From: an uncultured Desulfospira sp. | Lineage (GTDB): Bacteria > Desulfobacterota > Desulfobacteria > Desulfobacterales > Desulfobacteraceae | Direction: 5' to 3' | DNA length: 64,000 nucleotides | NCBI GenBank assembly: GCA_963663165.1 | Contig: OY760175.1 | Location: 3,488,001 to 3,552,000, forward strand | In this document: in pieces, positions 29,201 through 41,200 of the stretch | Layout of the letters: each line of letters begins with the position of its first letter | Position numbering within the stretch: position 1 is the stretch's first letter | The notes under the pieces: generated by a model | What the model saw: the letters and a program-made list of their open reading frames with translations, nothing else | Told to the model about the DNA's origin: nothing | Database searches by the model: none | Made by a program: the position numbers and the translations under genes

Positions 29201-32200
29201 AAGGCCAGTTTGCGGCGGCCTTTCATGGAAACCGGTTCATTTTCAGCAAAATAGGAATCAATTCCCGGGTAGAAATACCGATGGTTCCAGTAAACATTCA
29301 AATCATCGGCCGTGGCCGCCTGCATGACGGTGCGGCCGTTAATACGGATCTGTTTGGCCCAGCCCCCGGCATCAAACCACAACTCCTTGATTTTCCCGCC
29401 GGTTGTCCGGATTTGGGCATAATACTCGTCATCGGTTTCGTTATAGTCATAATCAAAAAAGTGGCCGGCCCCGTTTTCATCCACCACCTGGGAAACAAAA
29501 CCGGAATTGTTGTACGCCGCGTAGGTGGACCGGCCCGCTGCATCAACGGACCGGATTAACCGGCCCCGGTCATCATACCCATAAAAAGTTTCAGCCCCGA
29601 GGACATCAGTGATTTGGGTCAGCAGGCCGTTGGTGTATGTGTATGTCACCTGGCTGTCCCCTTTGGTGCTTCTCACAGCCGAGACATTGCCGGATTCATC
29701 GTATTCAAAGGCAATTACCGGATTCAGGTGCCGGTCGGCAATGGCGGTCAGCCTGCCGGTGGCATTATCATAGACCAGTCTTGCCGTTACACCGCTTTTG
29801 TGGCCATAGGCCGTCATGCGGCCGTTCAGGTCAAATTCCTTCCAGTTTTTGTACTTATCCTCCCATATATAGCATTCGCCCGAAACCAGATTATTTTCAT
29901 GGTAATAACTGCCGGTGACTGTGGCCGTATCCGGTATCAGGGTGTAGTCGCCTTTAAAGTGGGTGATTTTATAATTGCCATTGACATAGACAGCGGGCGC
30001 TGACGACGAAACATAGTATTTTACAGAGGCGATGGCTCTTTGGCCGGACCGGCTGACATGCACCTCAGGATACGGACGCTGGGTTTTAAGGTCTTCGATC
30101 AGTTCGTAATTGTAATAGGGAACCCCGGCTTTTTTCACGCCAAGGGTGCCGTACCCGAAGGTGTTAATAGACAGATCAAAGTCCAGTTGATGGCGCAGGT
30201 GTTCCCAGTGCCACTCATTGTCGTAGAACCGGCGCTGAACCCGGATGGTTCCGCCGACCACCTTCACCGACAAATCAATGGCCTCATCGTTATACTCCCC
30301 TAAAAAGCAGTTCACACTGCACCCGGTATCCTGGCTGGCGTTGGGATCCTGATCTTCCATCCGTACGGCAACCGGCCAGCACACCACCCCCCCGCTGATG
30401 CCCTGACTGCTGGGGCCTGCGGACACATTGCTGCTGCCGGTATTGTCCTGCCCGTTACTGATAGCGGTGGTGGTGTCGTCGCCGTAACTGAACCCGTCAG
30501 AAATTTCGCTGCCGCTGATTGAATTGTGAAAACAGGTCGAAACCGTGTATGAAAATGTGGCTCCATTGGAACAGACAAAATCGTAATGAATGGTAATGCA
30601 GCCGGAACTGCCGGATGTGCCGCCGCCATTGTCTTCTGAATCATAAACGGACTGCCGGCACACCACCCGGTAGGGAAGGACCACCTGTTCTTTGGCTCCC
30701 AGGGAATCGGGAAGGTCCGTGAGGAACTCATAGGCATAGTTTTCCGTGTTATCGGGAAGATACAGCTCAATGTTGTCGGCCCGGATCAGCCCCTGGTTGG
30801 ATACCCCCAGTTCCCCGGTGAAGACCTCGCCGGCCTCCATATCGGGAAGGGTGACGGACGACGGGGTTAACACCAGGACAGCTGCCGGGACATCGGTCTC
30901 GTAGGTCGCATTGACCACGATCTCGTATTCATCCGAAACAGTGGTCTGTTCAACAGACCATTCCACGGTGATCAGCTCGTTTTTGAGAAATATGGATTCA
31001 CTGGCGGTTATTCCCGGTTTGATCCAGACCCTGCCGCTCAGTTCCTGGTGATCTGCCGACGTGATCCGGTAGGTGTACAATCCGGCCGATAAATCCAAAA
31101 ACAGGGCTTCTCCCAATTCATCTGTGGTCAAAGAGGCGGTCACACCGCTTACCCGGACATTTTCAAGATTGATCACCGCACCTTCAAGTCCCTGGATCAT
31201 CTCACCGTTGTCATCAATGGTGGCGGTATACATATCCTCCACCTTGAACAGCGCATGGCCGGTTTCCGAGGATGTGACCGTAACGAACAGGTTGATGGTA
31301 AAGGGGGCATGGTTGTCGCTTTCCACATTCAGATAAAAGGGATATACCCCTTCGGCAACGCTGGTGGTGGGACTGAAGGTGATGAACACGTCCCTTGATT
31401 CTCCCACAGCCAATTGTCCCTGGTCCCCGGCGGCATTGAGCAGCACCCAGTCGGGGGCATCGCTGCCGTCAGAACCGGTCAGGGAAAGGCCCATGCCTGA
31501 CAACTCACTATACCCGGTGTTTGACAGGGTGATGGTTTCGGTAACCGGTTCGCCGTATGTGACGCCGGTCTCAAGGTAATTGGGGCTGAAGGCCAGCACT
31601 GGTGCCGAATCAGAAGCAGCCACGGTGACGGCAACGGATCCCAGAACCGTGGGATCAGGCTCCCCGGAAACCGCCTTGAGGACCAGCTGGGACTCCGGTA
31701 AAGCCGTGTTGTCGGCCCAGACCGTAAAGTCAAGGATGGCTGATGACGACTCAGTCACATCAACCGTATCCGTATCCGCTATATCCAGGTGGATGCCTTC
31801 GGGGAAAACCCCCTCTGGCTGGTCATCCGGTTCATACACCAGGCGAACATTTTCAAGGTTGACCCCTTTGGTCGTAGATACGGTTACGGATGCCCCTTGT
31901 TCATAATTTTTGGGAACGCTGATGTTGATGGTCTCAGGGGAGACCAGGGTCCGGGCGATGGTAAAGGTGCCTTGATCCGGCTTGCCGGTCAGATCCGGGT
32001 GCATGGCCCGCACCGTGTAATCCCCGGATTCACCGGACAGGGGGGTAAATGCATAGGAAAACTGTCCGCTGCTGTCGGTGATGACGGTGTCGGTCCGTTC
32101 AAACCCGCTAACGTCGATTTCCAGCCGCAGGGGCACAAAGGCCATGGGGCTTCCGGAATCTCTTTCAATGGCCTGCCCCTGGATGATAATATCCTGGGCC

Positions 32201-35200
32201 CCGTCGGAAAGGGCAGGGTCAACCTGCCGCAGGGTACCATAATAAGCGGTATCGGCCAAAGAGACATCCTCAACGGCAGCGGGCCCGTCCATGCGCACCG
32301 CCTGGCCGGTACCCAGGGCATAATGGACCTGGGCGATATCAAGCCTGAGAACGGCATTGTCCGGGCAGGTGTCGGGAACCGGCAATGCCACCTCATCACT
32401 GGTAAAAGACTGCCCCGGGTCCAGGCGGACAATGGTCCGGCCATCGGTCAGGGTCACCACATCCGTCCCGGTGGCCTGGTGGAGGCAGGCCGTGGAAAGG
32501 ACATTTTCTTCCGGGTCCAGCAGGGAAAAACAAACTTCATCGCTGGCCGCAGTCCCGGTGTCCCGGGCCGTGATCATCTCCATGGTTTCGTCACTGGTGT
32601 TTTCCAGGGTAAAGTGGACCATGGCACTGCCGCCCCGGACCGGTTCCTCATTATAGATATTGAGCATGAAGGTGCCGTCCAGGACCTGGATACGGGAGTT
32701 TTGGATAATGGAAACCCGCTCACCGGTATCGGGCTCAAATTCAATGGCAAGGGTCAGATCGGCAAGGTCGGAAAGATCCTCATATCCGCCCACGGTGACG
32801 GGAACGACAATTGAAGCACCGGCCGGAATGGAAACATCCGTTGAAATATGCTCCCGGCCCCCCAGGGCCACCTTGAGCCGGACCGGTTCCACCGCGGTGC
32901 TTGACAGGTTGGTGACGGTATATTCAAGGCGGTTCATCAGGCCCCTGAAAACTTGAGAATCCCCATCCAGGGCTGCCTCTATCACGGGCAGAAAAATGGT
33001 TCTGGCAAGGCTCTCCTCCCCATTGTGATCCACAGCCAGGACACGGTACAGGCGCTCATCGCCCGTATAGCCACTGTCGGTATAGGTGGTGGCGGCCATC
33101 AGGCCGTCATTGAGTTTCACCTCCCCTGAATCAAGGGTCACATAAAGGTTATATCCTTCAATGGTGCTGCCGTTGTGGGTCCATGACAGCACGGGAAAAG
33201 AATCGTCTTCCAGAATCACAGCCGGATCACTGATGGGAAGCAGATCAAAATTTAAATAAACCGCATCGCACGGCTCAGACTCGTTTCCGGCCTCGTCCAC
33301 GGCCGTTACCAGATAATAATGGGCCTCCTGGGAAGGCGTTGTATCAATGGCCGTCAGGGCAGAGATGCCGGTCAGAACGGGATCAAGGCCAGATACCGGC
33401 AAAAGCCCTGGTTCATCACACCGGTAAAGGCTGTAGGTGATCTCCTCTGTGCCGGCCGGGGCCTGCCAGGCCGCCTCGATACCCTGGGAGATGAGTTCCA
33501 GGGAGAGATCTTTTGGCGGTTGAGGCGGCGTGGCATCCGATGAGGCGGAAACCTGCGAACTCAAACCGCTTTGGGATGAATCCCCATTTTCTTCCCGGAC
33601 TGAGGCCACCGCAAAGGTGTAAAGGCCCTCTGCCGCCGGGGCGTCGGTAAAGCCGGTCTCCAGGTCACAGTCGGCATAAAAGGTTAACTGGGTTTCGTCG
33701 GGTGCCTGGCGGTAGAGGACATAGCCGGCCGCATCCTGGACCGAATTCCAGGACAGCCGGATCTCTCCGCCGGGAAGGGATGTTGCCCCAAGGCCGGCGG
33801 GAGCGGACAATGGGGGCAGATCGCCCTGGTAGACCTGGAAGGCGTTGTCACAATCGATTTCATCACTCACATTGCCCAGGTCATCATTGCCGCTAAAGGT
33901 GAATGTCAGGGTTTCGGCTTCAGCAAGGCCCGCATCTGCCGGCAATGAAAACTGGGCCTGATAAGTCTGGGCATGGCCGGCCCGGGTCGCCACAAGGGTC
34001 AGGGTGTCAATGGACACCAGCTCCCTTAGTGTTCCCGATAGAAGATAAGACAATGCGGGGACGGTTCCGTCTTCAAGGGCCTCATCAAGCCCCAGGGTCA
34101 CCTGCACCAGGACCGGTTCTTCTTCATCATTCTTTATGGGCCGGCCGGGTTCAACAATAAGTTCAATGACCCGGGGCCCCTGGGTGTCTATGGTGATCTG
34201 ATCCCCGGAACCAATGCCGGTCCCCCGGTTTCCGGCCCCATCCCGGGCGGAAAAAATGGCGTAAGCAGTTCCGTCGGGCGTCTGGTCTTCAATGGTAAAG
34301 AATCCGGTATATTCGGTGTCACCGGTCTGGGCCAGAGACACCGTCAGGGGCACGCCCCCCACTGAATTGATGCTCAAAAACGGTGTGGTCCCAAGGGTCT
34401 CGCTGACGGAGAGAACCACAGAGACCTTCCCCGGGGCCATACGCCCCGTGTCCGGATCAAATGCGCCGGACGGGGTGTAATCAATGGACAGGGCCTCAGG
34501 GGCCTCCCGGTCGCTGATCCCGGCCACCTGGTCCGAGGCAGGCCCCTGGCTGCCCGCATAGCTGACCGCTGTGATGCGGTAATAATAGGTGCCGTCCTCT
34601 GCCGGCAGATCCTCATAGGTCGTGCCGGTGACCAGCTGGGCATTGACCTGTTCTGCGCCGGCCGTATCCTCAAAGGGAGCCGTGGACCGGAAGATATAAT
34701 ACCCCTCTATAGACCCTTGCTGGGGCCGGGTCCAGGTCAGGCTGACGGCCCCGGCGGCCTTGGATTGGGCCGTGGGGTTGGTCGGGCTTTCGGGAATGCT
34801 GGTGTCCAGGGTGACCAGAACCGCATCGCATAAGGGCCCCTGCCCGGTGCGGTTGCGGGCCGCTGCCTGGATCCGGTTTTCCCCCTGGACCGTCAAATCG
34901 GCCGTAAAACTGAAGCCGCCCTGAGTGTCAACACCCTGCCATGATCCGGTCTGTTCATCGTTGATATATAGAATCACCTCGCTCCCTTCCGGGGCCGATC
35001 CTTTAACCGTAACCTGCCGGGTATTGGCCAGGGTTCCTGAAACCGGCTGGTCAATTACCGGGGCCACCGGGGCTGCCAGGGCCACCGTAAAGTCCTGGGA
35101 GACCGTGGTCGAATTCCCTAAAGTATCATAGACCGTGACGGTCAGAGTATGAGAGCCGTCGGTGAGTGAGGCGGGATCAATCCCCCATTGAACCACCGAT

Positions 35201-38200
35201 GTGGTGCTGTATGCGGTCCCGAGGACCTCGCCGTCAACGGCAAATTCCACCCGGCTGACACCGGCGGGATCTGACACCGTTACTTCGATGGTCCCCTCCG
35301 TGGTCAGGGTCTGGCCGTTTTCCATAACCGCGCCGTCAAGATTGAGACTTCCCATCTCAGGACCGGCGGTGTCGGCCAGGGGGGTTCCCGATACCGATGT
35401 CACGGTTTTGCTTTCACCGCCGGACAGATTAACGGCGGTCACAGCAAAGTAATAGGGCGTGCCGTCGGAAAGTCCGGAAATACCGGCATAGGTCTCTGTA
35501 ACCGTTGCAACGGGAGTTAAATCGGCCACACTGGAAAAGCTGCTCTCCTGGACATAGACATGGTATTGGGCCACATAAGCGGCGGGCAGGGCATCATCCC
35601 ATGCCAGGGTGACATACCCGCTGCAGGGGGTCACCGTATGAACTCCTGGGTTTTCCAGCAGGGTGTAGCCGGTCATGGAGATCCCGGTGCTTTCATTTCC
35701 CAAAGGGCTGTTGTCAACGCTTGTGATGGTAAAATTACAGGCAGCGGCCCTGTCCAGCCCTGTCTTTTCAAACTGGGTATCCCCCGGTGGAATCAGTTCG
35801 GATTCAGGCTGGCCATCAATGGAGATCCGGTAACCGGAAAGCTCCCCATAGGGATCTGAAACCGGCTCCCAGGTGAACACCAGGCGATCTTCATAAGATT
35901 CAACCGATAACTGGGTGATATCCGCCAACGGGGTGTTATCGGCCAGGAGAAAGATTTCCGCCGGGGACAGGGAACGGTTATAAATCCGGACCTCATCTAA
36001 GTCTCCTGAAAAAAAGGTATCCTGCCCGGACCGTGCCCCAACCATCAACTTAAACTGTTCCTGGATGAGCCGGCTTCCGGCTGCCTCAAGATGGATGGAA
36101 GACAGCTGGCCGTCCATATAGATCAGGCTGGCCTGGCCCTGAAGGGTCACCGCCACATGATGCCATGCCTGGTCATTGATCAGGGCATCGGCACCGCCTG
36201 AGTGGTGGTGGAAATAGCCGTCCTGATCCCCGTTGCCCATGGCAAACGAAACCTGGCCGCCGGTATCGGACGAATCCAGCTCCAGTAAAAACTGATGGTC
36301 AACAGCACTGCCGGCGTCCCCCGTCCCCAGGGCAAGAAGAGAGCCTGTCCGGCTGATGTCGTCCCGCCGGACCCATGCGGCCAGGGTCAGGTCCCGGGGA
36401 AAGGACGCCCCCACCAGACTCTCCGGTCCAACGGCCGCCCCGTCACCGTCAAAGGCATAGGCCTCGTCGCTTTGGCCATTCACATTGGCCGTCAGCTGGG
36501 CCTGGACAACGGCGGCATGAACCCCATTGCCGCTTTCATCATCGGCATTGCCGTGAAAGGGATAGTACACCGCAAGGCCTGACCCGATATCCGGTGCATC
36601 CCAGTTATAAAGGGTTTGAACATCATCAAGCTCCAGGACGCGGTTGTAGACCCTTAATTCATCTATGGCCCCGTCATAACGCGGCGAGGAATCATTATAC
36701 TGATCCCGCCCCAGGGCAAGCCCCGGTGCCAGATCCGGTGAGGCCGAAAGCGTGTCCATCATGGCGGTCCGGGTGCTGATCAGGGCGCCGTCCACATAGA
36801 GTTTCCAGACATTGGCCCGGTTGTCCCCGGTCAGCACCACATGGTGCCAGAGACCGTCATTTACAATCGGGGTCTCTTCAAACGCAATGGTGTTCACCCC
36901 GTCGAAGATGCCGGCATAAAGGCCATTGGGCGCCAGGGCATCCGGGGCATTGACCCTGATCCTTGCATAATAGGGATAATCGCCCTCGCCCCTGGAATCG
37001 TAAACCCATCCCTCGCCACCCGTTTGGACATCAGGTTTGACCCAGAGGCTGACGGCATACTGGGCATCGCCGACATCCAGGCTTGAGGCATAGGGGATTT
37101 CAAGGGAATCCGCCTGACCGTCAAAGGCCAGGGCCGTGTTCCTTGACCCGAACCGGTCATCTTCCCAATCCATCTGGCCGGACATGGCGGCGTCATTGCC
37201 GTATCCGCTGTGATCGGCGGCATCATTGTCCAGGGGCAGATAGAGCACCAGCCCGCTGTTGATGCCGGCATCCGGGATCTGGGCGGTAACATCCACCCAT
37301 AACGTCTCACTCTGGTTGCCGGCCCTGTCCGTAAGAAAGACTTCAAAAGAGTTGAGCCCTGAAACCAGGTCCAGGAGAACCACCCAGCCGCCGGACCCGG
37401 TTTCCGCCAAAGTTTCCCCGTTAATCCGGACACTGGTATCGTCTTCACGGGTGCCGGTCAGGGTGATGGTCAGGGTATCGGACAGGTTTCCGGCCGGCCG
37501 GACCTGGAGCACGCCGCTGACGGTTTCTCCCCCGGTGATGGTCAGGTTTCCGGGCGCCACTTGATCCAGGGTGAAGGAAAAGGTATGGGCCCCGCTGTTG
37601 CCCTCAACATCAACGGCCAGAAAAGAGACGGTAATCAGGCCGTCGGTGAGCGCCTGGTCCGGAACAAAGGTAAACTTATCATTGGATTCTAAAACAGTGC
37701 CGGCCACGGCCCCTGAGTTGGCATCAAGGACCGTGAAGCTTTGAATAACCGCGGTATCGTCCACCTTTGTATGGGCGTCCACAAGGGTGATCACAATCTG
37801 GTCTGCCGACTGGACAAAGTCGCCGTCACCGGGGGATGATCCCGTGAACTCGGGCGGGTCCGGATCAATGATGTCTTCCAGCGAAACAGTGATGGTGTTG
37901 TTGTCTTCCTCAGACTCAACCACACTGTCCTGGCTGTCGGCCGTCACCTCAAGGGTATGCTCGCCCGCCTGGGCTGTCCAGGTCGCACTCACCTCAACGG
38001 ACTGGCCCGCCGGGATGATCCGGTCATATTCGACGGCGGCGATCACGGCATTGTCCACGGTGAACTCAACGGTAAAGGCGTCCACGGCAGGACCTGCCCC
38101 ATTATTGGATATGGTGGCGGGAAAAGAGACCATGTCTTTGGGCACCACACCGGTTTGGGGCTCCTGGGAAACAGCTGAAACCGTCAGGTCCGGCGGGTCC

Positions 38201-41200
38201 CCCAGGGTGGTGAAGGTCCAGACCGGTCCCTGGGTTTGGGCTCCGGCATCGTCCCGGGCCGTCACTTTCCAATAATAGGTTGCCCCTGCTTCCAGATTGG
38301 ACAGGGATTGTTCGGCCGTTGAAAGCCCCTGACCATTCAATGTTAATGCGTCGGGGTCCGTCCCAAAGTAAACATCATACGTCACGGTGTCCCAGGGATT
38401 GGGATCATTTCCGGTCCAGGACAATTGAACATCTATGGCCTGGCCGTCCTGGGATGCCGGAACCCTGACGGCATTATGGGCCGGTGTGGGATTGTTGGGA
38501 ACAAAGGGGGGATCATTTTCCGCCGGCAGATCAACACAGTCTGCATGGCTGGTGAGCCAGGGATCAACATCCACATTGCCCAGGGCCTGGTCTCCTGACT
38601 GGTTGGGGCCGCCTGTATCGTTCCACCAGTTGTTTTCAGCCGTTACCGAGGCATTAGGTCCGGTGTTAAGTCCCCAATTTTTGTTTTCAATAAAGTGGTT
38701 GCTGCTGATGACGGGGTGATAGCTGGTTGTATTGACATAGACGCCATAAACGTTTTCCTTGATATTGTTGCAGTAAAAGTTTGAACTGTCACCGTAGCCT
38801 GTAAATAAAACCCCGTAGGTGGAACTGGCCCTGAAAGTATTATACCGGAGGGTGGGGCCGGCATCATAAAGCCAGATATTGGCCGTGTTGCTGTAACCGC
38901 CGTATTCCACCAGGCAGTGTTCCATGATGCTGTTATCGTTATCTGTGGCACTGTTAAAATAGATCCCCCGCCAGTCCCCCGGAGCCGGGGAATCGGCATT
39001 GGAGGTAAACACAATGGGCTCTGATTCCGTTCCCCGGGCCACCAGGGCGGACGTTCCCCCGTAAGACCCAGTGATATACAGTCCTGTACCGGGTTCAAAC
39101 TTTACCGTCACTCCGGGGTCAATGGTCAGGATGGCCAGTGAACCGGACGGCTTTAACTGGGTTGTGTCCAGGATCACCACCTCAGGCAGGGCATTACTCC
39201 AGGTGCGGTTCCCCAGGATATTCTGCCCCACCAGCTCAATACGGCGTAATCCCGACCCCGAATAGGTATTGCCGGAAAAGTCCGTGCCCGCCCCCACCCG
39301 CATGGCCGGGCTCTGGGCTCCCCAGTCCGAAAGGGTGTTGTTGGAGGCGACAGCATAGGTGTACTCGCTGTCCAGGTAGATACAATAAGTGCCGCAGCCG
39401 CTGATGGTGTTGCCGTTGTCGGCTCCGATCACGGGATTGCCGCCGCCGGTACCATAGATGCCGGCATGGCCGCAGTCACTGATCTGACTGCCTTTGATCA
39501 CCGGTGACCCGCTGTTTTGAAAGTAGATGCCGTGGCCGGCGCTGCCGGCAATAGTACAGCCGGTCACCTGGGGGGCGGAGTAATAATCCAGATAAAGACC
39601 GTTTGAACTGTTTTCTTCAATCCGGCAGTTTTCTATGGCCGATGAATTTTTATACCCCCTGAATCCGTTCCCACTGCTGTACCGGATGGTGCAGTTATGG
39701 ATGGCGGGGCTGGAATTACTGGCATAAACATTGGCATTGTTGGTGAGCCCTGCGTATTCCACCACACAGTATGCCAGAAGACATGCATCGTCATCTGCGG
39801 TATCGGCAAAATAAATCCCCAGCCAGTCCCCGGGGGCCGGGCAATCGGTATTGGAGGTAAATACAATGGGCTCTGATTCCGTGCCCTGGGCCACCAGGGC
39901 GGACGTTCCCCCGTAAGACCCGCTGATATACAGCCCCGCGCCCGGATCAAACTTTACCGTTACCCCGGCTTCAATGGTCAGGGTAGCCGTTGTCCCGGAC
40001 GGTTTTAACTGGATTGTGTCCAGGACCACCACCTCGGGCAGGGCATTGCTCCAGGTGCGGTTCCCCAGGATATTCTGCCCCACCAGCTCAATACGGCGTA
40101 ATCCCGACCCCGAATAGGTATTGCCGGAAAAGTCCGTGCCCGCCCCCACCCGCATGGCCGGGCTCTGGGCTCCCCAGTCCGAAAGGGTGTTGTTGGAGGC
40201 GACAGCATAGGTGTACTCGCTGTCCAGGTAGATACAATAAGTGCCGCAGCCGCTGATGGTGTTGCCGTTGTCGGCTCCGATCACGGGATTGCCGCCGCCG
40301 GTACCATAGATGCCGGCATGGCCGCAGTCACTGATCTGACTGCCTTTGATCACCGGTGACCCGCTGTTTTGAAAGTAGATGCCGTGGCCGGCGCTGCCGG
40401 CAATAGTACAGCCGGTCACCTGGGGGGCGGAGTAATAATCCAGATAAAGACCGTTTGAACTGTTTTCTTCAATCCGGCAGTTTTCTATGGCCGATGAATT
40501 TTTATACCCCCTGAATCCGTTCCCACTGCTGTACCGGATGGTGCAGTTATGGATGGCGGGGCTGGAATTACTGGCATAAACATTGGCATTGTTGGTGAGC
40601 CCTGCGTATTCCACCACACAGTATGCCAGAAGACATGCATCGTCATCTGCGGTATCGGCAAAATAAATCCCCAGCCAGTCCCCCGGGGCCGGGCAATCGG
40701 TATTGGAGGTAAATACAATGGGCTCTGATTCCGTGCCCTGGGCCACCAGGGCGGACGTTCCCCCGTAAGACCCGCTGATATACAGCCCCGCGCCCGGATC
40801 AAACTTTACCGTTACCCCGGCTTCAATGGTCAGGGTAGCCGTTGTCCCGGACGGTTTTAACTGGATTGTGTCCAGGACCACCACCTCGGGCAGGGCATTG
40901 CTCCAGGTACGGGTCCCCTGAATATTCTGCCCCACCAGTTCGACCCGGCGAAGGCCCGTACCGGAACAGGTATTGCCGGAAAAATCCGTGGCCGCCCCCA
41001 CCCGCATGGCCGGGCTTTGGGTCCCCCAGTCCGAAAGAATGTTGTTGGAGGCGACGGCATAGGTGTACTCGCTGTCCAGGTAAATACAATAAGTGCCGCA
41101 ACCGCTGATGGTGTTGCCGTTGTCGGCTCCGATCACGGGGGTGCCGCCGCCGGTACCATAGATGCCGGCATGGCCGCAGTCACTGATCTGATTGCCCTTG